A stretch of DNA of 64,000 bases from Geosiphon pyriformis uo1 (Eukaryota; Fungi; Glomeromycota). Of the stretch, positions 40,836-54,100 are shown piece after piece; within the stretch, counting starts at the first letter, position 1; each line of letters opens with the position of its first letter. The position numbers and the translations under genes were made by a program. The notes below the pieces were generated by a model. That model was not told the origin of the DNA and did no database searches. It saw only the letters and a program-made list of their open reading frames with translations. The DNA is taken from NCBI GenBank assembly GCA_016748015.1, contig JAAOMT010000786.1, positions 561,814 to 625,813 of the forward strand, given 5' to 3'.

Positions 40836-42491
40836 AAAATAAATTTGTTAAAAAAAAAACAAAAAACATTAAAAATATTATTATAATAATTAAATTTCTG
40901 TTTTTTTATAAAAAAAACTTTACAATAAAATTTTTAAATTTATTATATATATAATAGCATTAAATTATAAAAATTTATTCAAAAACAATATTTATAAAAA
41001 TATTATTAAAATTAATAATATTTTTAAAAAACAAAAAAAAAATATATTTTGGTATATATTTTATTAACTTAATTTATAAAATTAAATAATTTAATAAATT
41101 AATTAGTGTAAATTATAATTAGAAACATAACTTGTTTTGTATTTAAAACTAATAATATACAATTAAAATTTAACATATTAAGCAACTTAATTATATGTTA
41201 TAATTATTATTATTATTAAAACAAAAAAAAATATTATTTATAACCAAAATATTATAATTAATACAGTTATAACAAAATTAATAAAAACATTAAAAAATCA
41301 AAAAAGTTAATGTTTTATTTTTACAAAAAAAAAAGATAAATCTTAAATCAAAAATAATAATTTTAGAAAATATTAAAAAAAATAGTTTTTTTAAGAAAAA
41401 TAAAGGTTGTTTTTTTGGTTTTTTTTAGTTATTTAAAAAAAAGTTAATAAATAAAAAAGTAACTTTGTTAACAGTTTGCTGTTAAAAAATTTTGAATTTT
41501 ATAGTAGTAATAGTTTTTATTTGATTACTTGAAAAAAACTTTCTACTTACAACTGAAAAAAAGTTGGGTTTTTAATGATCAAAAACTGTTTTGTGTATCT
41601 TTATTATTTAGAAAAAGCACTTTAAAAAATACTGTTTAATTGGTTTTATTTTAAAAAAAACTTTTTGAGTATTAAAACTATTAAAAATAATAGAAAAATA
41701 AAAAGTTGTTTTTTTATTACTTTTTGCTTTAAATATTATTGTAAAAACATAAAGTATTATAAATTATATGACAATACATATTAATATTATAATATGTATT
41801 TTTTATTGTCAAATATTACAAATATTTGATAATTCAAGTATTTTAAAATAAATTTGGGTATCAACTTCAAAATAATTATTAAAAATAAAAATTTCATTTA
41901 ATTAGTAAAAATTCAATAAAACTGATTTTTTCTGAAAATTGAATTAATTAATACATATTAATTTGAACATTGAACAACGCTTTTCCAAAAAAAGTTTCCC
42001 CGACCGCCGTAGCACTGAGATGATCCGGAGAATAACCGGAACTTTATGAAGAGAGTTAGGCCATTTGAGTTAATAATGTTTGGCCAATCTTTGCCGCTAA
42101 GGAAAAATATGGGTGGCATAAGCAAGAATATACCGACGTTTCATTTTTACATTTCGTGTAATACTATCAACTATTCTGTGTTCTTCCAATAACTCTACGT
42201 AGTAAGTCTCCATCTTCTCGTTGGTTTATACAACAGAACGAAACCCTTAGAGAAAATTTTTGACCGTACAGAGTGTCTGTCACCAGCTTGCTACTCTTTG
42301 TGCCCGTTCTTATTGTCAACTTAAAACGTGTTCTTTCTCCTGGCACTTGTTGATATATATTGCACTTTTGGTAAACCGTACTCCCTGTTTTGAACAGGAG
42401 TTTAGCCTCTTTGTTCGTTCCCATAACTTACCCCCATAGACCTAATCATCCCTCGTAGCCTTATTTTTGAAAAAAAGCTTTTTGATTCGAG

Positions 42492-43818
42492 ATGATGCTA
42501 TACAAGCTCGTTGTACTTGGGGATGGAGGTGTTGGCAAGGTATGGAAACTAGAGCTGCAAGCAAACTCTGCGTTTTTGTATAATTAAACATTTTTAGTTC
42601 CTCTTAACAAAAAAATTTTTCTTACCTTAGACAGCACTCACAATTCAGGTTAGCGAAGTTTACTCTTTTATAAGATTGCTATTTTGGTTTTGTTTCCTGT
42701 TCAAGTCAGGGTTTTATTTAATTAACTAAAATTTATATATATTTATTTTATAGTTATGCTTGAATCATTTTGTTGGTAGGTATAGATGGAATCTCGCAAA
42801 ATATTCACAATACAAATGCTCTCTATCGAGGCCAAATCTTAATTAATTTTCCATCCCCAATTTATCTATTCTCCTGAAAAATATTTTTCAATATTGTCTA
42901 TAATTCACTTCACATGAAATATGGACATTAATAGAGGTCTGTAGAAATTATTTTTTAATTCCTATCAATTGTCTATAAATATATTCTGTATCTCTGTATG
43001 TTCTAAAATTTTCACAATTTTCATTATTAGACCTACGATCCCACAATTGAAGATTCATATCGAAAACAAGTAGTCATTGACGACCAACCATGTGTACTTG
43101 AAGTACTTGATACGGCCGGGCAAGGTAAGACTTAAAAAATTTTATTTATCCTAAAATCCATGAAATTCTTTTAGGTAATAAGGGAAGTTGAATACCTCTA
43201 TTTATAATGGGACCAGGCGAAATTAAGATTACAAAATTAAATTTTGAAACAAAATAATTTCTATTACGGAATATCCTTTATTTCATAAGAAGGTTCTCTT
43301 AAACATCAAAGATTTTTAATTTTTATATATATTATTCGCAAATATAGAGGAATACACGGCATTACGTGATCAATGGATCAGGTAATTTCGAATTGAAAAT
43401 ATTATTTTACATAATTAAATTCTTGGTAACTCTTTTAACTTTACATTTACTTATGATTATAAAAAATAAACATAGAGACGGGGAAGGTTTCCTGTTAGTT
43501 TATTCTATATCCTCACGTTCAACTTTTGACCGTGTACGACGATATCGTGATCAGATGATTCGTGTCAAAGACTCTGATATGGTACCACTTATGCTCGTTG
43601 GAAACAAGTGTGACAAAATTACGGAGAGAGAGGTCTCACGGGAAGAAGGAATAAACATGGCACGAAGTCTTGGATGCGAATTTATTGAAAGCTCAGCAAA
43701 AACCTGTGTTAACGTGGAAAGAGCATTCTATACAGTTGTAAGAATGATACGAGCCGGCCGAGAAGGCGGGAAAGAACACAAGAAAAATAAGAGAAAGGCC
43801 AAGTGTTTAATTTTATAG
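42492..43818 (+). CDS. ras2: Ras GTPase, fungal Ras2/RasB type; exons 42492-42539, 42631-42648, 42754-42775, 42935-42936 (microexon), 43031-43124, 43348-43381, 43476-43818
   Basis: [29 protein letters not shown](E)[13 protein letters not shown]...[22 protein letters not shown]...GNKCD...ESSAK; polybasic region plus CLIL CaaX. Confidence 0.93.
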
Positions 43819-45062
43819 ATTCTATTTTTTAATATTTGGTAATTCTTGGGTTAGGATCGAAGTTAGTTGGGAGGTGGGGGGAGTGATATTGAAATTGTAG
43901 ATAGAGCCTATGGTTGGAGATTGGAGGTGGGAGGTGAGAGGTGTGTGAGAGGTTAGGAAAAAAAGGCCGTAATTGAGAAATGGGAATGCATCGGTTTATT
44001 ATTATTAACCTATTTTTTATATATGTGCAACGCGTGAAACCGTCAAATACACCTACTTTTTTATAAGTTGATTTTTAGCACAAGCCCTTCTTTTTTGCTC
44101 TAACTACAGCCATCATTAGCATGATGTTTCTCGCTCTTTCTTGATCCTGTTTATTAGTCTAGAAAACCTTTACTTAGAATGGTTTCACCGTTTATAAATT
44201 TGATCTCTTTTCTATAATCATCCTCTTATTTTATTCCGAAAAACGACACATTCTTGACGTAATTTGATCGCATTACCACTTTATACCTCGTCTTTTCAAT
44301 TATAATTAAGTATTTTTTATTTTGAAAAAAAGAACTTCAAATTCACCTTTGTTTGTAGTACATGCAAATACCTATGCAAAAATATTTAGCGATCAAATCA
44401 CCACATGACCATTAATATATCATTTATTAGTATAGATCCTTTGGTTTTGAGGCTTCTTGTGGTCGATACCCCATCCCTCCCTCCCCCCCTCCTTTTATCC
44501 TTGATCCTAAAGAATCTTTGTTTCCTTTATTTGTAATACAAATACGGTGATGACATCTTATTCACTTATCCCAGTTATATCACTCAAATAAATATTGTTA
44601 TCACCATTTTAATTAATAATCACTTATGTTCTATTGGGTCACAATTTTCTTACTATCATACTAGATACAGTTTTTATGCCATTATTTTAAGCTAGGTTAT
44701 TTGATTCTTGAAATTAATTTTTAAATTCTCTTCTTTTTATCATTGTCTTATTTATATTTTACATTGTTTGTTCAAATCAACTTAAAAAAAATTAATTTAT
44801 ACAAAATATATTCAAATTGTGATATAAAAAAAAAATAAACGAATTTGATAATTATTCAGTTTGGGAATAAATTTTTTATTCAAAAATCAGACATCAAAAA
44901 AATAAAAATAAAAATAATAATAATTTCCAATTTATTTTGCCTTTTTATTTTATTAAAAATCTTTTTTATTATTAATATAACATATATATATATATGTTAT
45001 ATATGTATTATAAAAATGAATATTTATTTGATAATAAAAATTTTTTTTTATCACAAAAATAT

Positions 45063-45120
45063 ATTGTATTGTATTATATTATATTGTATTGTATTGTATT
45101 GTATTGTATTGTATTGTATT
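45063..45120. repeat. (ATTGT)n microsatellite
   Basis: Visible pentamer array. Confidence 0.9.
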
Positions 45121-45608
45121 ATAGAACAAAATAATAATTTTTTATTATGTTCAATCTTTTTTTTTATACCCGATTCTGAAACCAGACTAGATTTTTGGTA
45201 ACCTGGAATTGTACGTCCTCATGTTCCCATATGAAATTGCTGAGCCCACCTCTAAATACACATATTGGGGTTAACAAGATCATGTTTATCAAAAAATTTT
45301 GTGAGAAAAAGGTCAAAAATCATAGATCGCCTTTCTTGATTACAACCAAATATTAAAAAAATTCACAAAGGTATTGATATTCAGGGTACACTATTACCCA
45401 TTATTCTACTTTTAAATCTAATAAATCTAGTGAACGGCAATTTCTCTATTAACTCTGACGTGAAAATGCACAAAAAAGAAAAGAAATTAAATTACATGGG
45501 GAGGAAATATTGGGGTAACATTGAAAAATCTTTTTTTGGAATTCAAATGGAAATATTCAAAAAATCCAGTTTTTTTAATAATATACTAGGGCATATTCTG
45601 CTAGTAAA

Positions 45609-46503
45609 CTATATCAATCGAGCTAGAAAAACCGCTAGGAATAAAATAGCAAATCCCATCATGCCATTTAATGAGGATGGTTTGGATCCTTGTACTCCCG
45701 TGCCAGATACCAAATTCTCGCAACTGCATTTATTCGAATTTGTGATAAATTTTCGACCATCCTGTGAACACTTTTCCCGAATCATATTACAATTTGCCGT
45801 TGCTACGACAACCACTGTGCTTGCTATAGGAATAATTAAGTTGAATTACTAAATGTGTAATTTAGGGCGTCATTCTAACATGTAAAAATAATTTTAAAGT
45901 TCTCTTTCTTACTTGTTGGAGGATTTGTGGTAGTAGTCTCAACAGTTTGAGAAGTAGTCGTGGTCTTTACAGCGGTATTGTTATTAGCGATAATACGAAA
46001 ATTTGGCCCATCAAATTTATCAAGAAATAAATCAAATGGATCTTTACGAAGTTTCTATTTAAAAGAGAAAATATTAAGCAAAAAAGTAAAAATTATTTTA
46101 AATCAGATGAATTTAAACTAACCTGTATCCTAACGAAATAATTATTAGCAGTTTCCGGTGAACTGACCACCATCCAACTCACATTTCGATTAATTGATGG
46201 TACTGAACCAGCGATTGTCGAAATCAATTTACCCCCATTTCCGAAAGGCGAGTTCGAGGATTGATACAACTCTAATTTTAATTGATTCTGGTTATCATCT
46301 GAATCTGTCGAATTAAAGTCCCAAGTTATAATAACTTGTTGTCCGACGAACCAGTCAGTAGTAGTATTTGGGTTTGTGATTATGTACTTGGTGTCCCCAT
46401 ATATTGGTTTTATTAAAGTAATGGTAATTAAGAAAAATAATGTTATGAAATAATTTAGAAAGATTGACTGTTGGGATAATTTTGAAAATGTACTATAAAA
46501 CAT
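45609..46503 (-). CDS. Probable GPI-anchored surface protein with Kre9/Knh1-like N-terminal domain, Thr-rich linker and small Cys motif; exons 46503-46123, 46054-45913, 45823-45609
   Basis: Hydrophobic N-terminus; ITNP...W.VGQ...ITW, LELY, SW.V, YFVRI pattern; TTTTSQTVETTTT; hydrophobic C-terminus GFAILFLAVFLARLI; two in-frame GT-AG introns. Confidence 0.78.
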
Positions 46504-46510
46504 GACAAAA

Positions 46511-46556
46511 GTTTGGTTTGGTTTGGTTTGGTTTGGTTTGATTTGATTTGATTTAG
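46511..46556. repeat. (GTTTG)n/(ATTTG)n pentamer array just upstream of the GPI-protein start codon
   Basis: Visible array. Confidence 0.85.
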
Positions 46557-47188
46557 TTTTGAGAATAATGAAAATATTACAAAAAAAATAGAAAAAGAGA
46601 AAGGAAAATCCTATTTACAAAAAGTAAAGGTTTTAATGCCTATCAAAGGCTATTTATATATATAATTCAATAATAATAATAAAGAAAGAAAGAAAGAACT
46701 TCCCAATACTTGAAAGGGAAAAGTAGGATGTTAAAGAAACTAGAGAAGAAAGAGGGAAGGTTGAATAAATGACCAGCAAGTAAAATTCAACAAGGAGAAT
46801 GAAAATTAGAAATCTTTTAACACGCGCATTTTATATAGATTCTCGTTTTTTTTTTCTACGCGTGATATCAATAATAAAAATTAATTAAACCCCAACAACT
46901 CCCTATTTATACTCAAAGGCTTCCCAAACAGGCAAAGATCGTGGATTATGCTCAAATTAGAAACTATTCAAACTTCGAGGATAGTTGTTGGTTTAACTGA
47001 GGCCGAACTCTACATAACTCTCAACCGGACTTTGCCACAATCATCACTTTCTTTCCTCTTTTGTACCCATATCGATATGGTTTGAAACATTTTAATCTCG
47101 GGGTGCGTGGCAAAAACTGAGAAATGTGCCACGAGCCGTTTTTTTATCTGATCTCTAATATTGAAAATTGATGAACGGTAACACTATA

Positions 47189-47189
47189 T

Positions 47190-47220
<31 letters not shown>

Positions 47221-47255
47221 ACACACACACACACATACACACACATACACACACA
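47189..47255. repeat. (CA)n microsatellite
   Basis: Visible array with CATA interruptions. Confidence 0.95.
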
Positions 47256-47520
47256 ATTAACAAAGTCTGAAAAAAGCCGAATCAAAAATAAAGAAATCCG
47301 AATATTTTTTTCGATTGGACATTTACTTTTTAATCCTGAAATTTTTTCGGCTCTAATGTAGAAATTTACAAATCCTGAAAAATTTTCGATCCAACACATT
47401 ATTAAAAAAAGAAAAAAGAAATATCAACTTTTAAGTCATCAATTGTGATGGCCCAATGCGCAGGACACTTTAATTTTCATGATCCTCATTCTCGCATCAT
47501 TATTTATTGTTATTCCCCAT

Positions 47521-47522
<2 letters not shown>

Positions 47523-47560
<38 letters not shown>
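47523..47560. repeat. Poly-A tract
   Basis: Uninterrupted A run. Confidence 0.95.
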
Positions 47561-47562
<2 letters not shown>

Positions 47563-47733
47563 TTAAGCAAGGTATATCGAAAAAGTCAAAATTGACCATA
47601 ACTTTTAAAAGTAAAACAAAACTAATTTTATAATATTGAAAGCCTGCTATTTGTGTGATAAATGCTTTCACACATTCAGTCGTAGTGAATAAAAAATCAC
47701 TTTATAAAAGATGGGTATAAATTTGGGAAAGTA

Positions 47734-47794
47734 TGGAGTTGGAGTTAGAGTTAGGGTTGGGGTTGGAGTTGGAGTTGGAGTTGGAGTTGGGGTT
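47734..47794. repeat. (GGAGTT)n hexamer array with TTAGGG/TTGGGG variants
   Basis: Visible array. Confidence 0.85.
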
Positions 47795-48060
47795 CAAATT
47801 AAAATATTTTACAATAGAAATTTTGAAAGCCGGAAAAGGCCGGATCAGTTGATGGTTGATTAGGGCCGTGGGATGAGTGTATTTTTAAGATTTCTCAAAA
47901 CTAATTACAGTTCTATAATATGAATGATGGCTTTTGTACGGAGATTAACCAATCCTGGCTGGCTGAGCAAAGTCTTTATAGATTGAAAATCAATCAAAAT
48001 GACTTTGGTCTAAATATCCCCCGTCATCATCATGATATTTCGATTAAGGTTGATAATCCC

Positions 48061-50425
48061 TTAAATACTTTCATCATCTTTATGATGTTTTTGTGGGTTT
48101 CCATGTTCAATTGATGTCGCTTTACGTTTCTTTTCATTTGAAATGGTAGGCGGGGAGGATGGGTTGTTACGGTCAAGTATCATTGACTTTAAAAGTTTTT
48201 TCTTTAAACAAAAACAGAAACAAAAAAAAATATTAATTTGTTAAAATTGTTTACCCCACCTGATAACTATTCAGAAAATATGTTCAAATTGAACGTACCT
48301 CTATCTCGAGCTCAGTAATTCGTTGAGCAAGCTCTCTACGTTCCTGAGCTAATTCATTTTCCAATTCAAGTACACGATTTTCAAGGAAAGCATTACGTTC
48401 TCTCAATTCTAGTTCGGACTTTACAGGAATTCGTTCTCTCAATTCCACCAATTCGGTTTTCACAGGAACTCGCTCTACTCTAAATTCCACTTCTGTTTTC
48501 AGAGGAATTGAATGGGAAGTTTTTCTTTGATCTTGTTCCGTAGAGGATGATGGAATATGAGGAGAGACATTGGTATATTCCATTGGAACTGCAGAGCCTG
48601 GTGTGTATCGCAGGTGGTGATAGTGACTAGATTGATTTTGGGTTGCGGATGGTGTACTACCAGAGCTTGAAGGATTGTCTACCGCAGAGAAGCCCAATTG
48701 AGATGAGGTAATGGGAAGCGAAGAATTATTGGGAATGATCAGATTAGGAAGAACCGGTTTCACCATATTATTCTGAGATTGAGAATTTACAGCAACTGAT
48801 TGTTGGGTGTGCTGTGAATTAACCTGAGATGGAGGATGAGGATGAGGATGAGGAGGATGAGGAGGAGGAGGAGGCAGAGGAGGAGTAGATCCATTATTCA
48901 GCGTGATTAATGATGGTGTTATCGGCATTTGAATTTGTGGTGGCGGTTGATGTGATGGTTGGGGTGATAGACTTTGAAGTGAAGACCATTGCTTATATTG
49001 ATCTTGGGATTGAGCTTGATAATGTGGTCGCTGTTTCAAAGTTTCCGATTGATGTAAATGAGACTCGTTACTGGTCAAAGGTGTGGCTGGAGCACTAGGA
49101 AGTTGTTTATGGGTTGACTCGGACTGTGGGACAGTTAAAACGCCATTTGAAATTTGTTGCTTTTGCGATAATGATTTTGATCCTAAAGGTGCAGGGGATG
49201 GTAATGATGGTGGGTTTTGTTGAATTACTGGGGACATTGTTGGAGTTTGGTTTGAAATTTGTGGGACGTGTGATGGTGATGAGGCAAAACCTGATTGTGG
49301 CCCCTGGGGTGATGGTGGCAAGGGTTGAAGTTCTACTTTTGGTTTGAGATCGGATGAAGATTGTGGTGATTGTCCGGTGGGAGAATTTTGGTATAATTTC
49401 TTTTGAGGACCACCACAAAAGCTTTCTGCTCTGAGATGTCTATTCAACGCATCCAATCTTGCAAACTTTCTATTACAATGGGGACAAGAATAAGGTTTCT
49501 CGCCAGTATGTAATTTGGTGTGACGCTTTAAATCATGTTGACGTCTGAATAAATGTTGACAGGTGGTACATTGAAATGGTTTATCTTGAGAATGAGTTAA
49601 AGCGTGAGATTTTAAATTGTGTTGACGACTAAAGGTCTGATTACATTGTTGACAAGTATACGGTTTAGTTTTATTAGAAGGAGTTGGACTTTTAGCTTCT
49701 ACGCTTCCCGGACTTTTTTTTCCTTGAGGATTTACAGAAAACAAATTATAAGATCCACCAGAAGATGAAGGACCCATCGGTGTAGAAGGAGAAGAGAAAG
49801 TTAAAGAATCTGGAGTGTATTGAACCGGAGAAGGGCTATTAGATAATCCATTGTTATTTCTAAGGGTGTGAGGTGAAGTTGTTAAAAGCATCATATCAGT
49901 TGAATTATTATAATTGTTTGCTTGAGTCAAGGTGAGGGGAGTCAAATTATGAGGAGAAACTTGTTGTTGTTGTTGTTGTTGTTTGGGTGTTGATGGGTGT
50001 GTGATTATTACTTCCTTTTCTATTAAGAGAGAACTTTCTGAGTCAGTGGTACTTTGACGTTCTGTTGAATCATGAGTGGAAGTTGAAATAGGAACTAGTA
50101 AATCATTAGAATTACTAGTATTCTTTGGTGAATGAAGAAGGTTAGAAGTTAACTGAGTTGAAGAAGATCCAGGGGAAGCATTTTGATGGTGAGTTAAGTT
50201 AGCCGGTTTTATATTTTGGGAAGTAGAGGAGGAGGAGGAGGCAGCGGAGGAGGAGGAAGAGGAGACCACAGAGTTGGATGTAGGGGTAAGTGGTTTGAGA
50301 GGTGACGAAGAAAGTTCCGTTTTCGAGTCATTAAGAGTTTTGGAGGAGGTTAGTGAAGTTGAAGTGTTGGAAGTAGTAGTATTGCTGGTGGTATTGTTTT
50401 TGTTGTTCCTTACTTCAACGTCCAT
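48061..50425 (-). CDS. C2H2 zinc-finger transcription factor, Crz1/Prz1-related fingers, C-terminal coiled coil; exons 50425-48299, 48201-48061
   Basis: Three fingers (FSRQHNLKSH, FRRQHDLKRH, FARLDALNRH) with a TGEKPY linker; S/P/Q-rich regions; last intron 48298-48202 gives ELEIE-KKLLKSMILDR...ESI*. Confidence 0.88.
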
Positions 50426-51118
50426 ATCTCCGCGATACTAGAGTGAGGGGTTTTTTTTGTTGTGTTGTTGGGTTTGGGTGTGGCTGGAACAAAAAAAAGT
50501 GTGGGTGAGTTGTTGAGTGACAAGCAAGGTGACCAAGAGGAGGCAAAAAAAGAGCCGCTTCCTTTTAGTATTTTTTTTTTTTTTTTTGAGAGAGGCTAAG
50601 TGAAGATGATAGATCCGAAGAGTGACTGATCACAGTAATGAAATTTTTGTGTATTACTGGGCAAAGAAACAAAACAGGACAAGCAAAGCAGTATAGGACT
50701 TAAAGGAGTGGCGTTGCAGGAATTTTGAGTGAATATAAATTTAAAAAAAGGCTAGAATAAAAAAGGAATAAAACGGAAAATGTTTAATCCTTTTTTAGGT
50801 AATCAAGGCTGGATGGCTGGGTGATGTTGATGAAATCAGCTGTATAAATCATGAGATGTAGTAAAAATGTGCAGAAAATTAGTAATTTTTATTTTATTTT
50901 TTCAAGAGTCAAAGAATGAATTACCTTAAAAAGCAAAAGAAGATTTGGGTTCCCTCTTTATTTTTTTTATTTCTTCTTTGTTTCTTCTTTGTTCCTTCTT
51001 TGTTTCTTTTAAACGAATTCAATTTTGAAAAAGTCAATGTGTTATTTAAGATATTTTTTCGATGAGATTGTGGTAACAAAGCCTCTCAACACAGCCTCAA
51101 AGACTTGCCTTATATGTA

Positions 51119-51133
51119 TATTATTATTATTTA

Positions 51134-51211
<78 letters not shown>
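51119..51211. repeat. (TAT)n microsatellite
   Basis: Visible array. Confidence 0.95.
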
Positions 51212-51601
51212 TCATTAGTATTTATAGCTGATTTTCATAATCCCGAGAATTGGTTTTATTTGGTAAGGGAGGAGTAAGAGTAGAAGTAGTAATAAAAATG
51301 TAAGAATAGGAGGAGGAGAAGAAGAAGAAGAAAGAGAAAAGGATTAACATTTTCTATACTCTATAAAGATAGATATGTTGAATGAAAATGTTGAATAGCC
51401 ATCTTGAATCTGTTAAATTATCAGTTTTCTACCTGGAGTTAATAGCTTTTTATTCCTTGTTGACTTTTCATTAAGTATTTGGGTACTCCTTGTAACTTTT
51501 TAAATTGTAACAAGCCTCAATAAAAAGATATTTACTTGCCATGTGGCTAAGATAAAATAAATTGATTTTTTCTCGAATATTTCAATTAATAATAACATTT
51601 T

Positions 51602-51707
51602 TGAGTGAGTGAGTGAGTGAGTAAGTGAGTGAGTGAATAAATGAGTGAGTGAGTAAGTGAGTGAGAGGGTGAGTGGTTGGTTGGTTGGTTGGTTGGTTGG
51701 TTGGTTG
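51602..51707. repeat. Compound (GAGT)n(GGTT)n microsatellite
   Basis: Visible arrays. Confidence 0.92.
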
Positions 51708-52549
51708 CTATAGCAAATTGACGTTCATCTTTGTAACATTTTACTAGTAAATATTGCGTCTAATTGTTTATTCCCCATTTTTATTGAAAGAATTTATCAT
51801 TAATACTTTTTACTGTCCATTTGTTCATATTAATTAATTAATTAATTAATTAATAATTATTTTTTTTAATCTATTATCAACTATTGAAATTTGACAGGTT
51901 AAAAACGCCAATTTTTGTTTTTTACAAAAAATTTACACTTACGAAAAAGGGGTTTCTCAAGATTGTTTCGTGACAAAGCAAGTAAATAACAAAAAATGTG
52001 GCTCCTTCAATAAAGCCTCATTTTATATAAAAGCTAAATCATCAGCCATAAAGAATTATATACATGTTTGGTAATCAATACTTACAGCCAACAAACCTGT
52101 TATTAACACCATTTTTCAAGACGGTACTATCGTGCCACAACCGTTTTTTTTTTTTTTGAATGATCAAAAGCCAATCGAGTAACGGATTACAGGAGATGAT
52201 CCAGTTTTACTAATCAAGTATCCCATTCTGAAGGCTGCAAAAGAAAGTTATGACGGAATTCACTGGTCGAAACTTTTTTTTTAAAAAAAGTTTGTGAAAA
52301 TTCCACTTTAATCATGTGATTAAATACATGCAATGAATTACAATAAATTTAGAAGATTCTGAAATGGATGATATGGGTGATCTGTTTTACTGCTGTGTGT
52401 CGTTTCCCCCACCAGATGCAGCAAGAATCAAAGTTTGGCGTTGAGCAAACCATAAATTCAGAAATTTTTCATCTTTTGTTATAATAATAAAAAATAAACT
52501 TCTTATATTACCTTTTAAAGCCATTTTTTTATTCTTGCCAATAAAGTAT

Positions 52550-53755
52550 AATCAAATCAAAAAATAATGATTTTACTTTATATATATATATATATATATA
52601 TTAATTGATTGATTTTTTTTATATTTTTTAATTTTTAAATATTCTTTAATATATTTTTTTATATTATTAAACCAAGTTTTTTGTTTAAATATGTTATTTA
52701 TTAACAAAAATGAAATAAAATAAAATAAAATAAAATAAAATAAAATAAATAAAAACTAATTTTTTTTATTCTAAATTTTTTAAAAAAAATCTTTTTTTTT
52801 AAAAAAAGTTTTTTTGTTTAATAAATTGCAATATTAAAAAGTAAACAAAAAATATTAACACTAATAATATATGACTAAATTAAATTATATAAACAAAAAA
52901 AAATATTTAGTAAATTAAATATTATAAAAAAAAAGAGTTTTTTTTTTGAAAAATAATTTTTTTTTTTAAAATTTAATATATTAATTAATTAATTAATTAT
53001 TAATTTAATAATAATTTAATTAATTTTAATTTAAATAAAAAATATTTTTTTATATTTTTTGTTTTATATTATTAAATAGTCTATAATTGAAATTTCTTAT
53101 AGAAAAATTTATTTTTAAATATAATTTGTTATTAAATATAATTTGTTTTTAAATATTAAAAAAAAGTTTATTGTAACAAATAATATTAAATATTTAATAA
53201 TACTTATTATTTTATTAAAACTTTATATAATATTATTAATTATTTTTAATAAAATATTTTTAGTTTTAAATTTGATTTTATTAATCAAAAAACAATTAAT
53301 TTAAAACTATATTTAATAAAAATTTTATATAAAAAATTATTATTAATATATAATATTATTTATTTAATTATTAATTATATTAAATATAAAAAAAAATTTA
53401 ATTATATGTTTTTTATAAATTTAATTTAAATAATAAATTATTTGTTCTTAATAAATAAATATATATATATATATTTGAAAAATTTTATTTAAAATTTTAA
53501 TTCTTTTTGTTTTAAATATTATAATTATTAATTTAAATTTAAAAATAATAATAATAATTTTGTAATTTTAATTATTGTTAAAAAATTATATGTTTTTTGT
53601 TTTAAGTAAAAATTTTATTAATTTATTTATATTATTTAATATTATTTTATTAATTAATAATAATATTTAATGGTTTTTAATATTACTTATTTTTTAATTT
53701 TAAAAAATATAATTTTTTTTAATAATATAAACCAAATAAAATTTAGTTTTTAATA

Positions 53756-53786
<31 letters not shown>

Positions 53787-54100
53787 TATTAAATTATTTA
53801 ATAATTTTTTAAATTTGTAAATTTTTAATATAAAATCTAATAAAAAAAAAATACTAAACTATAATTAAATAAGTTGTTTAAAAATAATACAACTTTAAAA
53901 AATAAATAAATAAATAAATAAATAAATACAAAAAAACTATTATTAATACTTTATTTAATATAAAATATATATATGTTAAATATATTTAAAATAGTAATTG
54001 GAATATACTTTGTTAAAATAAAAATAATAATCAATTATGTATAAAAATTTATTTAATCTAAATGATAAATAATTTTAAAATTGACTTAATACATTAAAAA
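52550..54100. other. Ultra AT-rich island, probably a terminally eroded repeat
   Basis: Only scattered G/C over ~1.5 kb, same texture as the TE-island borders; no recognisable ORF. Confidence 0.6.

Noticed and set aside
43271-43279. ATATCCTTT, a perfect AT-AC U12 donor
   Set aside because: Lies inside a GT-AG Ras intron that already joins exons in frame; probably chance in AT-rich DNA.
44845-45201. 118-aa Ile/Tyr/Cys-rich ORF and similar ORFs at 47184, 47445 and 51025
   Set aside because: Translations of microsatellites and AT-rich DNA.
50438-50926. Possible 5' UTR intron of the C2H2 gene
   Set aside because: Plausible donor and acceptor on the minus strand, but no reading-frame constraint to test it without transcripts.
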